A stretch of DNA of 64,000 bases, taken from positions 2,156,707 through 2,220,706 of the forward strand of contig OZ244052.1 of the NCBI GenBank assembly GCA_965215125.1. The letters are read 5' to 3'. Every line of letters starts with the position of its first letter. The first letter of the stretch is position 1. A program made the translations under genes and the position numbers. The stretch comes from an uncultured candidatus Porisulfidus sp. Lineage in GTDB: Bacteria; Pseudomonadota; Gammaproteobacteria; Poriferisulfidales; Oxydemutatoraceae. The notes under the pieces are model-generated. The model did not search any database. It was not told the DNA's origin and worked only from the letters and a program-made list of their open reading frames with translations. Positions 21,674 to 32,948 of the stretch are shown here, one piece after another.

Positions 21674-23005
21674 ATGTTTGAACAACTTAGTAATCAATTC
21701 AGTACTATCGTAAATCGCCTTCAAGGCTACAAATATCTGAGTACCGATCATATTGATAATGCTTTGACCGAGATTAAAACAGCGTTGATAGAAGCCGATG
21801 TCGCGTTTTCCGTTGTAGATAAATTTAGCGAGGCAATACGAAGCAAAGTATCAGACATTCGTATCCACAAAGACATAAATCCGGGACAAGCACTAATACG
21901 CCTTATTAAAGACGAGCTTGTCGCTTTAATCACCGATGTCGACATCGAACTAAAACTCAAAGCTAAGCCACCTATAACCCTATTAATGGTGGGTCTGCAG
22001 GGTGTAGGTAAAACAACCACCGCAGTTAAATTGGCGCGCTATTTAGAAAAGCAAAAGAAAATGGTAGCGATGGTCAGTTGTGATATACATCGTCCGGCTG
22101 CGGTTGAGCAACTCAAGGTGCTGTGCCGGCAAACTAAGGCATCGTGTTACCCGACGCCATCGCAACTCCGGCCCGATGAGATCGCAAAGCAAGCATACGA
22201 GAGAGCCTCCAGAGAATTGTTCGATGTTTTGATCATCGATACCGCCGGGCGGTTGCATGTAGATACCGGAATGATGGACGAGATACATCGTATCCATGGT
22301 TCGGTGCCGACTAACGAGGTTTTACTTGTGGTGGATAGTATGAGTGGGCAAGACGCGGTTAATTCGGCAAAGGCATTTGCCGAACACATACCGCTAACCG
22401 GTATAGTACTAACCAAAGCCGACGGTGATAGTCGCGGTGGTGCTGCGCTATCCGCAAAATTTGTTACCGGCAAACCGATTAAATTGATAGGTACCGGAGA
22501 AAAATTAGATCAGTTGGAAGTTTTCGATCCTGAGCGCATTGCTTCGCGTATTCTAGGCTTGGGTGAGATAGAAAGCCTGCTAAAAGATATTGAACAAAAG
22601 ACCGACAAAAAAGATGCAAAGAAACTTGCCGCTAAGGTGAAGCGTGCCAAATTCGACTTAAACGATGTAAAAGAGCAAATCGGACAAATAAAAAACATGG
22701 GTGGTATTTCGGCAATGTTGGATAAACTGCCGGCTGCGATGAAAAAAAATGCAATACCCAAATCGGCAGCACAGGAAACTCAATTAAAAGCCAGTGTTGC
22801 GGTGATCGATTCGATGACACCTTTTGAGCGCGAACACCCCGAGCGTCTCAACGGGTCTCGTAAAAAACGTATTGCGGCAGGATCGGGAACGGCGATACAA
22901 GATATTAATCGCGTCTTAAAGCAGCACCAACAAATGCAAAAAGCGGCAAAAAAGCTCGGCAAATCTTCCAAACTTCCCAAAATGCCCGACGGCTTTATGT
23001 CCTAG
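21674..23005 (+). CDS. ffh: Signal recognition particle protein
   Basis: GLQGVGKTT, DTAGR, TKADGDSRGG, M-domain RIAAGSG. Confidence 0.97.
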   Translation: MFEQLSNQFSTIVNRLQGYKYLSTDHIDNALTEIKTALIEADVAFSVVDKFSEAIRSKVSDIRIHKDINPGQALIRLIKDELVALITDVDIELKLKAKPPITLLMVGLQGVGKTTTAVKLARYLEKQKKMVAMVSCDIHRPAAVEQLKVLCRQTKASCYPTPSQLRPDEIAKQAYERASRELFDVLIIDTAGRLHVDTGMMDEIHRIHGSVPTNEVLLVVDSMSGQDAVNSAKAFAEHIPLTGIVLTKADGDSRGGAALSAKFVTGKPIKLIGTGEKLDQLEVFDPERIASRILGLGEIESLLKDIEQKTDKKDAKKLAAKVKRAKFDLNDVKEQIGQIKNMGGISAMLDKLPAAMKKNAIPKSAAQETQLKASVAVIDSMTPFEREHPERLNGSRKKRIAAGSGTAIQDINRVLKQHQQMQKAAKKLGKSSKLPKMPDGFMS

Positions 23006-24092
23006 CTTCTAGGATAACACCTCCACCTATACATTCGCGCCCGCGATAAAGTACTGCCGATTGCCCTGTTGCAACCGCACGTTGTGGCTGTTCAAAATGT
23101 ATGCAAAGATATGATTTATTTTTACCGAAGTGTACTCGGCACTTTTGTAATGCCTGTCGGTGTCGTATTCTACATTCTAAAGATTCATCGTCTTGTGGCG
23201 CATTATTTATCCAATTTACATTGGCGATGTGGATTTCGGATCGGAATAATAAAGGGTGATTTTTATCCTGTACGACGGTCAATGTATTACGATCGGTATC
23301 CTTGGCTATTACATACCATGCACCACCGCTTCCGCCTTTAATGCCACCGATTCCCAACCCTTGTCGTTGACCTATCGTGGCATGCCAGCAGCCTTTATGG
23401 CGACCTAAATTATTGCCGTCTGTATCGAGGATGTCACCCTCTTCGGTAGGCATATAGCGAGCTATAAAACGGGCAAAGTTACGCTCTCCTATAAAGCAAA
23501 TACCGGTGCTATCCTTTCTATCGTGACAAGGAAAGTGGTGCTGTTTTGCGATTTTGCGAACTTCGGATTTGTATAGCTTTGCAAGGGGAAATAAAGTGTA
23601 AGCTAGTTGTCCTTGACTTAAAGTATAAAGAAAATAAGTCTGGTCTTTATTTTGATCCTGAGCTTGCAATAAGCGATAATTGTTATTGTCGTGTTGCACT
23701 CCGGCGTAATGCCCCATAGCGATGCGTGTTGCACCGAGTGTGTGTGCATAGTCTATAAATGCTTTAAATTTTATTTCTTTATTACATACTATGTCCGGGT
23801 TGGGTGTGCGTCCGGCGCGATATTCGTCTAGAAAATAGGTGAATACCGAATCCCAATACTCGGAGGCGAAATTGACGGTATGCAAAGGTATATCTAGGAT
23901 TTCCGTAATATGTCGTGCTTGTGCTAAATCCTCCGCTGCCGCACAATGTTCATCATCGTCTTCTTCCCAATTTTTCATAAATAACGCCTCCACATTCCAA
24001 CCTTGTTGTTGTAGAAGCAGGGCACTTACCGCCGAGTCTACACCGCCCGATAAGCCAACGATAATCTTTTTAGAATCGAGAAAATTTTTCAT
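22995..24092 (-). CDS. mnmA: tRNA 2-thiouridylase
   Basis: SGGVDS, TPNPDIVCNKEIKF, KDSTGICFIG. Confidence 0.97.
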   Translation of the reverse strand: MKNFLDSKKIIVGLSGGVDSAVSALLLQQQGWNVEALFMKNWEEDDDEHCAAAEDLAQARHITEILDIPLHTVNFASEYWDSVFTYFLDEYRAGRTPNPDIVCNKEIKFKAFIDYAHTLGATRIAMGHYAGVQHDNNNYRLLQAQDQNKDQTYFLYTLSQGQLAYTLFPLAKLYKSEVRKIAKQHHFPCHDRKDSTGICFIGERNFARFIARYMPTEEGDILDTDGNNLGRHKGCWHATIGQRQGLGIGGIKGGSGGAWYVIAKDTDRNTLTVVQDKNHPLLFRSEIHIANVNWINNAPQDDESLECRIRHRQALQKCRVHFGKNKSYLCIHFEQPQRAVATGQSAVLYRGRECIGGGVILEART

Positions 24093-24326
24093 ATTGCGTA
24101 TATTGAGGTCATGCTATACTAATTATGAACTAAATATTGCAGAATCATTTACTTCTTATATATGTCAACCGAAGGTATACACGAAATCTCTACATTTACA
24201 TTGAACTTTATTTTGATGACATGTACGCTTTATAATCGGAAATCTTAGAGTATATTTTATACAGTTGTAGATAGAATTAATTCGACCGATGGAACTAGAT
24301 TTCTTATTGTGATAATAGGAGGGTGA

Positions 24327-24677
24327 ATGGGTTATATAAAATATCCGAAAGCCACTTCGGATGATTTGGTGAAGGAAAAGATAGTTCGCACTATTGCAAA
24401 AAAGAAACAAAAACTTAAAATTAAACAACCACCTCTTTATAGAGTGATATTACTGAACGATGATTTTACACCGATGGAGTTTGTAGTTTATATATTGATT
24501 AACTTTTTTAGAATGAATACCGAGAATGCAACGCGCTTGATGCTACAGATTCATACTCAAGGCAAAGGTGTTTGCGGTGTTTATACTAAAGACATAGCAG
24601 AGACTAAAGTTGCCGATGTTAATAGATATTCCAGAGAGCATAAACATCCTTTATTATGTGTCATGGAGGAAAACTGA
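24327..24677 (+). CDS. clpS: ClpA adaptor ClpS
   Basis: YRVILLNDDFTPMEFVV...HPLLC. Confidence 0.96.
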   Translation: MGYIKYPKATSDDLVKEKIVRTIAKKKQKLKIKQPPLYRVILLNDDFTPMEFVVYILINFFRMNTENATRLMLQIHTQGKGVCGVYTKDIAETKVADVNRYSREHKHPLLCVMEEN

Positions 24678-26929
24678 TGTTTGACAAAGAAATGGAAGAG
24701 ACTCTGGCCAGCGTGTTTGATTTTGCCCGCTCGCACCGCCACGAATACGTGACAACCGAACACTTGCTTTGGGGATTGATTGACAATCCCGATGCCGCCG
24801 AAGTGCTCGAAGCATGCGGTGCCGATTTGGAAGAGTTATCACAAAAGTTAATCGAATATATAGAAAAAACAACACCCAAATTCAATACCAAAGACGATAA
24901 TACGCGTCCTACCTTAGGCTTTCAGCGGACACTACAACGCGCTATTTTTCGCAGTCAGGCAGTGCCTACGGAAGAGAAAATCAAAGGTCGGAATATATTG
25001 GCCGCTTTATTCGAGGAACAAGAATCTCAATCGGTTTATTTTCTATCTCACTACGATATAGAAAGATTGGATATCGTCAACTACATAGCACACAATATCC
25101 GAAAATATGACGATATTTCTGAATACGAATACGCACGCGATACCGAAACTTCACAAAAGAGGCTCTCGTTGGAAGATTATGCCGAGAACTTAAACAAAAA
25201 GGCACAGGCGGGTAAAATCGATCCGTTGATCGGCCGAGAAACGGAGATCGAAAGGACCGTACAAATACTATGTCGTAAATCCAAGAATAACCCGCTTTAT
25301 GTGGGTGAAGCAGGTGTCGGAAAGACTGCGTTGGCAGAAGGATTCGCCTCTAGGATAGTGGCTAATAAAGTGCCCAAGATACTGCAAGACGCAGTTGTGT
25401 TTTCTCTGGATTTGGGTAGCCTGATTGCCGGCACCAAATACCGGGGCGACTTTGAAAAACGCTTAAAGACGGTATTTAAGCAGTTGCAGAAAGAAAAGCA
25501 TGCGATACTGTTTATAGACGAAATTCATACCTTGATCGGTACCGGTTCCGCCTCCGGTAGTGTTTTGGATGCTTCCAACTTGATAAAACCGCAACTATTG
25601 TCCAATCATTTCAAGTGTATAGGTTCTACCACCTATCAGGAATACCGTAATATATTCGAGAAAGATCATGCATTGGCGCGCCGTTTTCAAAAAATAGATG
25701 TTAAGGAACCTACGACTCAAGAGACATACAAAATACTATTGGGCTTGAAACAAGGCTTCGAGGATTTCCATAAAGTTCGTTATTCTAAGCAAAGTTTGGA
25801 TACGGCGAGCAAACTCGCATCGCGCTACATACACGAACGTCGGTTACCCGATAAAGCAATCGACATCGTTGACGAAGCCGGTGCACGAGCGCGGATATCG
25901 GCAGTTGACGACAAGTACAAATCGGTGCGCTCTAAGGACATAGAAGAGATTATTGCTCAGATTGCGCGCATACCGACTAAAAGTATATCTGCCGGCGATA
26001 TGCAAGGATTACAAAACTTGGAGCGCAATCTCAAGATGGTCATTTTCGGTCAGTCCGAAGCCATTGAACAAGTAGTGACATCTATTAAATTATCTCGTAT
26101 CGGTATGAAGGAAAAAGATAAGCCCATAGGTGCATTTTTGTTTGCCGGACCTACCGGGGTAGGCAAAACCGAACTCGCCAAACAGCTGGCATTAAATTTC
26201 GACAAGAAGCTATTGCGTTTCGATATGTCCGAATATATGGAAAGGCATACGGTTTCCAGACTCATCGGTGCACCGCCCGGTTATGTCGGTTATGATCAAG
26301 GCGGATTACTCACCGACGCAGTATTAAAAAATCCTCAAGCAGTCGTACTTTTGGATGAAATGGAGAAAGCACATCCGGATGTCTCGTCCTTACTGTTGCA
26401 AGTGATGGATTACGGTATGTTAACCGATACCAACGGTCGCAAAATAGATTTTAGGAATACCATCATTATTATGACTACCAATGCCGGTGCCGACGAAATT
26501 ATGCAAGGAAATATGGGTTTTACCGAGCGCGATAGAAAACTTGACGGAATGGAGACTATCAACCGTATATTCACTCCCGAATTTCGTAACCGACTGAGTG
26601 CAGTCGTCCGTTTCAATGCACTGAGTCGAGAGATCGTATTATCGGTTGTAGACAAAGCCTTGACCCAATTCCAAGCACAACTTGAAAGTCATAATATCGT
26701 GCTTGATGTAGATAAAAAAGTACGCGCATGGCTTGCCGATAACGGATATAACGAAACGATGGGCGCGCGCCCTATACATCGTTTGATAGAGGATAAACTT
26801 AAAAAGCCTATATCGGATGAAATATTATTCGGAAAGTTAAAAAAAGGTGGGAAATTGTCCTACACACTGAAAGGAAAAGATATACTATTCGGTATAGAAG
26901 CATTGAAAAAGAAGCCGATCAAATGTTGA
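24677..26929 (+). CDS. clpA: ClpA ATPase (ATG overlaps the clpS stop)
   Basis: HEYVTTEHLL, two Walker A motifs (GEAGVGKT, GPTGVGKT), GAPPGYVG; SD GGAGG. Confidence 0.97.
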   Translation: MFDKEMEETLASVFDFARSHRHEYVTTEHLLWGLIDNPDAAEVLEACGADLEELSQKLIEYIEKTTPKFNTKDDNTRPTLGFQRTLQRAIFRSQAVPTEEKIKGRNILAALFEEQESQSVYFLSHYDIERLDIVNYIAHNIRKYDDISEYEYARDTETSQKRLSLEDYAENLNKKAQAGKIDPLIGRETEIERTVQILCRKSKNNPLYVGEAGVGKTALAEGFASRIVANKVPKILQDAVVFSLDLGSLIAGTKYRGDFEKRLKTVFKQLQKEKHAILFIDEIHTLIGTGSASGSVLDASNLIKPQLLSNHFKCIGSTTYQEYRNIFEKDHALARRFQKIDVKEPTTQETYKILLGLKQGFEDFHKVRYSKQSLDTASKLASRYIHERRLPDKAIDIVDEAGARARISAVDDKYKSVRSKDIEEIIAQIARIPTKSISAGDMQGLQNLERNLKMVIFGQSEAIEQVVTSIKLSRIGMKEKDKPIGAFLFAGPTGVGKTELAKQLALNFDKKLLRFDMSEYMERHTVSRLIGAPPGYVGYDQGGLLTDAVLKNPQAVVLLDEMEKAHPDVSSLLLQVMDYGMLTDTNGRKIDFRNTIIIMTTNAGADEIMQGNMGFTERDRKLDGMETINRIFTPEFRNRLSAVVRFNALSREIVLSVVDKALTQFQAQLESHNIVLDVDKKVRAWLADNGYNETMGARPIHRLIEDKLKKPISDEILFGKLKKGGKLSYTLKGKDILFGIEALKKKPIKC

Positions 26930-26934
26930 AAATA

Positions 26935-27153
26935 TTATTTCTCCCTGTATATAATTCTACCGCGTGTTAAGTCGTAAGGTGTCATCTCAACTGTTACTTT
27001 ATCGCCGGCTAATATGCGTATATAATGCTTGCGCATACGGCCGGATATGTGAGCGGTAACGATATGTCCGTTTTCAAGTTTGACCCTGAATATGGTATTC
27101 GGCAATACCTCTGTGACGATGCCGTCGATTTCAAAAATTTGTTCTTTGGGCAT
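26935..27153 (-). CDS. infA: Translation initiation factor IF-1
   Basis: [26 protein letters not shown]. Confidence 0.98.
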   Translation of the reverse strand: MPKEQIFEIDGIVTEVLPNTIFRVKLENGHIVTAHISGRMRKHYIRILAGDKVTVEMTPYDLTRGRIIYREK

Positions 27154-27254
27154 AAATGGTAAATTTTAATTCGGTTGCTATAAACACAAATCGTATATTA
27201 TATAGAAAATTATTTTTGCGTAAACCTATATGAAAAAAATTGAGAAGTTAAACA

Positions 27255-28199
27255 ATGTCTGCTGAAACCGCTTTTGTCTTTCCGGGACAGGGTTCCCAAA
27301 GTATCAATATGCTAAAAGAATTAACCTCTAAATATAAAGAGGTACGGACTACCTTTATGGAAGCGTCCGATATATTGTCGTGCAACCTTTATAAATTACT
27401 TACCAAAGGGACCGCCGAAGAATTAAGTGAGACTACCAATACCCAACCGATTATGCTGACCGCCAGCGTTGCGATATGGCGAATTTGGAAAAATTCTACC
27501 AATCATATGCCGACTGTGATGGCGGGACACAGTCTGGGCGAATATAGTGCTTTGGTTTGTGGTGACTCTTTATCGTTCAAGTCGGCATTACACTTGGTTT
27601 CAAAGCGAGCCGAATTTATGCAGAACTCTCCGCTCGGTTCTAAAGGTTCTATGGCGGCAATCATAGGTTTGGAAAAGAATGCAATTATTGAATTGTGCGA
27701 GAAAATATCTACCGAACGCGATAGAGTAGAAGCCGTCAATTTTAATGCCCCCCTGCAGACAGTGATCGCCGGAAAAAAGACACAGGTAAATAAAGTAATG
27801 AAAGAAGCCGCAGCCAATGGTGCCAGTAAAAGTACTTTGCTCGCCGTCAAAGTGCCTTCGCATTGTTCGTTAATGAAAGGAGTGGCGGAAAAATTTTCCG
27901 AAGAACTTAAGAAAGTAAAAATCAAAACACCCAAAGTCCAGATTATCCATAACTGCGATGCCCAATCCCACAACAGTCCTCAGCATATATTGGATGCACT
28001 GATTAAGCAATTATATATGCCGGTGAGATGGGTGGATACCATACAAAAAATTTCGGCAGGTGGTATAGAACATTATGTAGAGATAGGTCCCGGACGAGTG
28101 CTGTCGTCTTTAATCAAACGCATAGATAAAAGTTTTACCACTTACAGCGTTAACGATATTAAAAGTCTCAACTACGCACTAGAAAAATTTATGGCATGA
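27255..28199 (+). CDS. fabD: Malonyl-CoA:ACP transacylase
   Basis: FPGQGSQ, GHSLGEY. Confidence 0.97.
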   Translation: MSAETAFVFPGQGSQSINMLKELTSKYKEVRTTFMEASDILSCNLYKLLTKGTAEELSETTNTQPIMLTASVAIWRIWKNSTNHMPTVMAGHSLGEYSALVCGDSLSFKSALHLVSKRAEFMQNSPLGSKGSMAAIIGLEKNAIIELCEKISTERDRVEAVNFNAPLQTVIAGKKTQVNKVMKEAAANGASKSTLLAVKVPSHCSLMKGVAEKFSEELKKVKIKTPKVQIIHNCDAQSHNSPQHILDALIKQLYMPVRWVDTIQKISAGGIEHYVEIGPGRVLSSLIKRIDKSFTTYSVNDIKSLNYALEKFMA

Positions 28200-28939
28200 T
28201 GGAACCCTCTAAAACTGTTTTAATTACCGGTGCCTCACGCGGTATAGGTGCTGCTATTTTAGAAAGCCTGATTATGGATAAGCTGGAGATTTACGGTACT
28301 GCAACCAGCGGCGAAGGTGCCGATGCTATATCGGAGAAACTAAAAAGCAAAGATGCGAGAGGGGCAGGCTTGGTGTTACGAGTAGACAAGCAAGACTCGA
28401 TTGAGCAAACGGCTGTTTATCTTAAAGAACAAGACAAATTACCGGATATCATCGTCAATAATGCCGGTATTACCCGTGATAATCTTTTACTTAGGATGAC
28501 ATACGAAGATTGGCAAGATGTAATTACCACGAATTTAACCTCGCTTTATAGAATTAGCAAAGCCTTTATCAAGCAGATGATTAAAAAAAGATGGGGAAGG
28601 ATAATCAATATCACTTCGGTTATTGCGGCTACCGGAAATGCCGGACAGTCTAATTATGCTGCGGCAAAAGCCGGTGTGCTAGGCTTGACCAAGAGCTTGG
28701 CAAAAGAGTTGGCTCCTCGCAACATCACGGTAAACAATATCGCCCCCGGCTTTGTAGAAACCGATATGACTGCACTGCTCGCCGAAGAACAACGCAAGAT
28801 AGTGTTAAAAAATATTCCCCTAGGGCGGTTCGGCACGCCCGGCGAGGTCGGAGCTTTAACTCGTTTTTTAATTTCCGAAAATGCCGGATATATTACCGGA
28901 GAAACTATTCATATTAACGGCGGCATGTATATGTCCTGA
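28196..28939 (+). CDS. fabG: 3-oxoacyl-ACP reductase
   Basis: TGASRGIG, NNAGITRD, NYAAAK. Confidence 0.97.
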   Translation: MMEPSKTVLITGASRGIGAAILESLIMDKLEIYGTATSGEGADAISEKLKSKDARGAGLVLRVDKQDSIEQTAVYLKEQDKLPDIIVNNAGITRDNLLLRMTYEDWQDVITTNLTSLYRISKAFIKQMIKKRWGRIINITSVIAATGNAGQSNYAAAKAGVLGLTKSLAKELAPRNITVNNIAPGFVETDMTALLAEEQRKIVLKNIPLGRFGTPGEVGALTRFLISENAGYITGETIHINGGMYMS

Positions 28940-28972
28940 AATTATTTTTTATAAACTTAAAAGGAGAACATA

Positions 28973-29206
28973 ATGGAAGATATAGATTCTAGAGTCCGAA
29001 AAATTGTAGCGGAGCAGCTCAGCGTAACCGAAGATAAGGTGACCGACGATGCCTCTTTCGTCAACGATTTGAATGCAGATTCGCTCGATACCGTTGAGTT
29101 GGTAATGGCACTCGAAGAAGAATTTGAATGTGCCATTCCGGACGAAGAAGCCGAAAAAATCACGACGGTCAAGCAAGCAATAGACTATATCAAAAATAAT
29201 TCTTGA
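28973..29206 (+). CDS. acpP: Acyl carrier protein
   Basis: [16 protein letters not shown]. Confidence 0.98.
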   Translation: MEDIDSRVRKIVAEQLSVTEDKVTDDASFVNDLNADSLDTVELVMALEEEFECAIPDEEAEKITTVKQAIDYIKNNS

Positions 29207-29227
29207 TATAGATTCGAGATTGATACC

Positions 29228-30469
29228 TTGAAAGGTAGAAGAACCGTCGTCACCGGACTCGGCATCGTATGCCCCTTGGGGAGTGATATAGAGGGTGCAT
29301 GGCAAGCTATTGTGGCAGGGAAGAGCGGTATTTGCATAGTTCCCGAACTTGAAAATACCGATATTTCGGTGCGTATTGCCGGTCTTGTTAAAGGATTCAA
29401 TGCCGACGATTATCTATCTTCCAAAGAGCAAAGACGATGCGACGAATTTATACATTACGGTATCGCTGCCGGCAGTCAAGCGATTGACGATGCCGGCATC
29501 GTTGCCGACGAATCTAAGGCACATCGTATCGGTGTCATGATCGGTTCGGGTATCGGTGGATTACCTTTGATTGAAAAACAGCACGATGTACTAAAGGATA
29601 AAGGTAGTGCTAAATTATCGCCTTTTTTTATTCCCGGCAGTATTATCAATATGGTATCCGGGAACTTATCCATCAAATACGGCTTTAAGGGAATCAATTA
29701 TTCTATAGTTTCCGCTTGTGCGACCGGGACTCACAATATCGGTGAAGCTGCTCGCATTATTGCCGCAGGTGGTGCCGATGTAATGATTGCCGGAGGTAGT
29801 GAGAAAGCGAGTACTGCTTTGGGTATAGGCGGGTTTGCCGCTGCTCGAGCCTTAAGTGCGTCGCATAACGATGCCCCGGAAAAAGCGAGCCGACCGTGGG
29901 ATCTAAACCGCGATGGTTTTGTGTTGGGTGACGGTGCCGGTGTCATCGTGCTAGAGGAGTATCAACATGCGGTGAGTCGCAGTGCGAATATCTATTGCGA
30001 GCTTGTCGGTTATAGTGCATCGAGTGATGCCTACCATATTACCCAACCTTCACCGCAAGGTGAGGGGGCTAGTCGTTGTATGCGCGATGTCTTGCAAGAC
30101 GGTGCACTGAATCCCGAAGATGTCGATTATCTCAATGCACACGGTACTTCTACACCGTTGGGTGATAAAATAGAAAGCGATGCGGTCAAAAGTGTTTTTA
30201 AGGATCACGCGAATAAAATCGCAATCAGTTCGGTTAAATCGATGATCGGTCATCTACTGGGAGCGGCTGGAGGCGTAGAAGCGGTATTTTCGGTATTGAC
30301 ACTAAGGGATCAGATACTGCCGCCGACTATCAATATAGAAACACCCGATCCCGAGTGTGATTTAGACTATGTTCCCGGGCAAGCCCGAGAAGCACAAGTC
30401 AACTGTATATTATCCAATTCTTTCGGTTTCGGTGGAACCAATGCATCACTTGCATTTCGGAAAATCTAA
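29228..30469 (+). CDS. fabF: 3-oxoacyl-ACP synthase II
   Basis: SACATG, NAHGTST, GHLLGAAG, NSFGFGG. Confidence 0.97.
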   Translation: MKGRRTVVTGLGIVCPLGSDIEGAWQAIVAGKSGICIVPELENTDISVRIAGLVKGFNADDYLSSKEQRRCDEFIHYGIAAGSQAIDDAGIVADESKAHRIGVMIGSGIGGLPLIEKQHDVLKDKGSAKLSPFFIPGSIINMVSGNLSIKYGFKGINYSIVSACATGTHNIGEAARIIAAGGADVMIAGGSEKASTALGIGGFAAARALSASHNDAPEKASRPWDLNRDGFVLGDGAGVIVLEEYQHAVSRSANIYCELVGYSASSDAYHITQPSPQGEGASRCMRDVLQDGALNPEDVDYLNAHGTSTPLGDKIESDAVKSVFKDHANKIAISSVKSMIGHLLGAAGGVEAVFSVLTLRDQILPPTINIETPDPECDLDYVPGQAREAQVNCILSNSFGFGGTNASLAFRKI

Positions 30470-30481
30470 ACATAGCTAATC

Positions 30482-31318
30482 TTGCCGAATATAGCTTCAG
30501 CTTTAGTCAACGGTCAATCTACCGATTATCTATCTATTACGGATAGAGGTCTTGCATACGGCGACGGTGTTTTTGAAACCGTATCGGCCATTGACGGAAA
30601 ACCTTGTTTGTGGCAGAAACATTTGAATAGATTATTGCGAGGATGCAATAGCTTAGGAATTATATTTAAGAATATACCTGAATTAGAAAAAGAAGTATTT
30701 CTACTATCGGAACAAGCAAAGCCTTACGGTGTTATAAAAATTATTATCACGCGAGGTTCCAAGGCATTGGGTTATCGTGTGCAAAACTCCGATAAACCTT
30801 CCCGAATCGTACAATTCCAAGAAAGACAGGCATTTTCAGAAATTTTATACAAAGAAGGGATTGCGGCATGCTTTTGCAAGCAGCGGCTGGCTCATAATCC
30901 AAGATTGGCTCAAATCAAGCATTTATGCCGATTAGAGCAGGTGATTGCAAGGATGGAATGGCAAGATGAATATCACGAAGGCATTATGTTTGATTATCGG
31001 AATAACGCAATAGAAGGGACGATGAGTAATCTATTTATCGTAAAAGACTCGGCATTAAAAACACCCTGTTTAGCCAACTGTGGCGTGCAAGGTGTGATGC
31101 GAGAATGGATTATGGAAAAATGCAGCGCACATCACATCACGGTCATAGAGACCGAAATAGACAGACAAGCTATATTAGAAGCAGATGGGTTATTTTTTTG
31201 CAATGCCTTAATACGAGTCTGGCCGGTGCATAGCTTGGAAACCCGCCATTACGACATACAGTTAGTTCATCGATTATTACAACCGTTCATATTTTCCGAA
31301 TTAGGTATTGCGTTATGA
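30482..31318 (+). CDS. pabC: 4-amino-4-deoxychorismate lyase
   Basis: DRGLAYGDGVFET, IKHL.RLEQV, EGTMSNLF; fabF-pabC-mltG order. Confidence 0.92.
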   Translation: MPNIASALVNGQSTDYLSITDRGLAYGDGVFETVSAIDGKPCLWQKHLNRLLRGCNSLGIIFKNIPELEKEVFLLSEQAKPYGVIKIIITRGSKALGYRVQNSDKPSRIVQFQERQAFSEILYKEGIAACFCKQRLAHNPRLAQIKHLCRLEQVIARMEWQDEYHEGIMFDYRNNAIEGTMSNLFIVKDSALKTPCLANCGVQGVMREWIMEKCSAHHITVIETEIDRQAILEADGLFFCNALIRVWPVHSLETRHYDIQLVHRLLQPFIFSELGIAL

Positions 31319-32334
31319 CAGGAAAACGATTTGCGATTATTACATTGATTATCAGTGTGCTTATCGTATCAATTTTGGGTTATGATTTCAGGGAACAGAT
31401 ATATCTAAAATCTATAAATATCAAAGATAATCAAAACTTTTCAATACAATTGGGCGACAGTTTCCATGATATCTTACTGGATATGCACGACAAGCAATTA
31501 TTAAAACCCCATGATAGCATTGTGCCGTTATCTTGGTATATAAGGTTCTATGCACATATCGGTGGGATGAGATTAGAACAAATACAAGCCGGTGAATACC
31601 TGTTGAAGCCTGATATGAAATTTTATCAATTCCTAGACAAAGCATTCACCGGTGAAGTTGTGCAGAGAAAATTCAGTATTATAGAAGGCTATACAATGAA
31701 ACAGATACTGGATTCAATGAAAGCAACACCTTATATTAATGTGAGTAGTACGGTTTATGCCGATATTAGTCTGGATTTAGGTATCTCGGAATCTTCACCG
31801 GAAGGTTGGATTTTTCCCGATACATATTATTATACTACCGACACCGATTCTATTGATCTACTCAAACGGGGTTATCAAAAAATGCAAACCATACTGGAAC
31901 AATCTTGGCAAGCTAGAGATCCACGACTGCCCTTGACTTCACCGTACCAAGCGTTAATCCTTGCATCCATAGTAGAGAAAGAAACCACTGAAATAGAAGA
32001 ACGTCCTAAAGTAGCAGGGGTTTTTATCAGCCGCCTTAAAAAAAATATGCTGTTGCAGGCAGATCCTACTATAATTTATGGTTTGGGTGATCGTTTTGAC
32101 GGTAATCTTCGTTCGCGAGATTTGAAGGAAGACCAACCTTACAATAGCTATACGCGTAAGGGATTGCCTCCGACACCGATTGCTATGCCGAGCCTTTCTT
32201 CTATTACTGCGGTAATGCATCCGGAATATGGCGATTATCTGTATTTTGTCGCCAAAGGCGACGGTAGCCATCATTTTTCCAAAACTTATGCAGAGCACTT
32301 GAAAGCAGTTAGAAAATATCAATTAAAACGATGA
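31315..32334 (+). CDS. mltG: Endolytic transglycosylase MltG
   Basis: LASIVEKET, LQADPT, GLPPTPIA. Confidence 0.95.
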   Translation: MTGKRFAIITLIISVLIVSILGYDFREQIYLKSINIKDNQNFSIQLGDSFHDILLDMHDKQLLKPHDSIVPLSWYIRFYAHIGGMRLEQIQAGEYLLKPDMKFYQFLDKAFTGEVVQRKFSIIEGYTMKQILDSMKATPYINVSSTVYADISLDLGISESSPEGWIFPDTYYYTTDTDSIDLLKRGYQKMQTILEQSWQARDPRLPLTSPYQALILASIVEKETTEIEERPKVAGVFISRLKKNMLLQADPTIIYGLGDRFDGNLRSRDLKEDQPYNSYTRKGLPPTPIAMPSLSSITAVMHPEYGDYLYFVAKGDGSHHFSKTYAEHLKAVRKYQLKR

Positions 32335-32948
32335 ATGCCAAATTTATTACCTTAGAAGGTTTGGAAGGAACCGGGAAAAGCACGCAAACTAACGAAATAG
32401 CCAATTATTTACGCAACAAGGGTGTGAAAGTCTATATCACGCAGGAGCCGGGAGGAACTCGACTAGGAGAAAAAATACGCAAATGGCTACTAGATCCCGA
32501 ACATCGGATAGCCGAAATAAGTGAATTATTGTTATTTTATGCAGCCCGCACGCAGCATATAGAACAGCAAATAAAGCCTGCGCTTCAGAGAGGTACCTGG
32601 GTGATTTGTGACCGCTTTATGGACTCCAGCTATGCTTATCAGGGAGGAGGGCGCAACATTCCCTTAGATTATATAGAGCAACTCAACCGAATGGCAGTGC
32701 CTATAAAACCGGATTTAACTTTATTATTAGATATGTCTCCTAACCATATATGGCAACGAATAAATTCTGATAATCTTGATCGCTTTGAACAAGAAGATAC
32801 GGTATTTTTTGAGCAGGTACGAAATGCTTATTTGCAATGCGCCGATAACCACTCCCAGCGTATTAAAATCATCAATGCCGAGCAAGACATAACCGAAGTG
32901 ACAAAAATGATTATAGAACACTTGAAACCGTTGACGAAACAACTATGA
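32331..32948 (+). CDS. tmk: Thymidylate kinase
   Basis: EGLEGTGKST, EPGGT, DRF..SSYAYQG. Confidence 0.96.
   Translation: MNAKFITLEGLEGTGKSTQTNEIANYLRNKGVKVYITQEPGGTRLGEKIRKWLLDPEHRIAEISELLLFYAARTQHIEQQIKPALQRGTWVICDRFMDSSYAYQGGGRNIPLDYIEQLNRMAVPIKPDLTLLLDMSPNHIWQRINSDNLDRFEQEDTVFFEQVRNAYLQCADNHSQRIKIINAEQDITEVTKMIIEHLKPLTKQL

Noticed and set aside
21366-21681. 72 aa and 60 aa ORFs between 16S and ffh
   Set aside because: They run through REP-like repeats and have no recognisable motif or RBS.
24165-24428. 87 aa ORF between mnmA and clpS
   Set aside because: A low-complexity AT-rich frame overlapping clpS antisense and the divergent promoter region.
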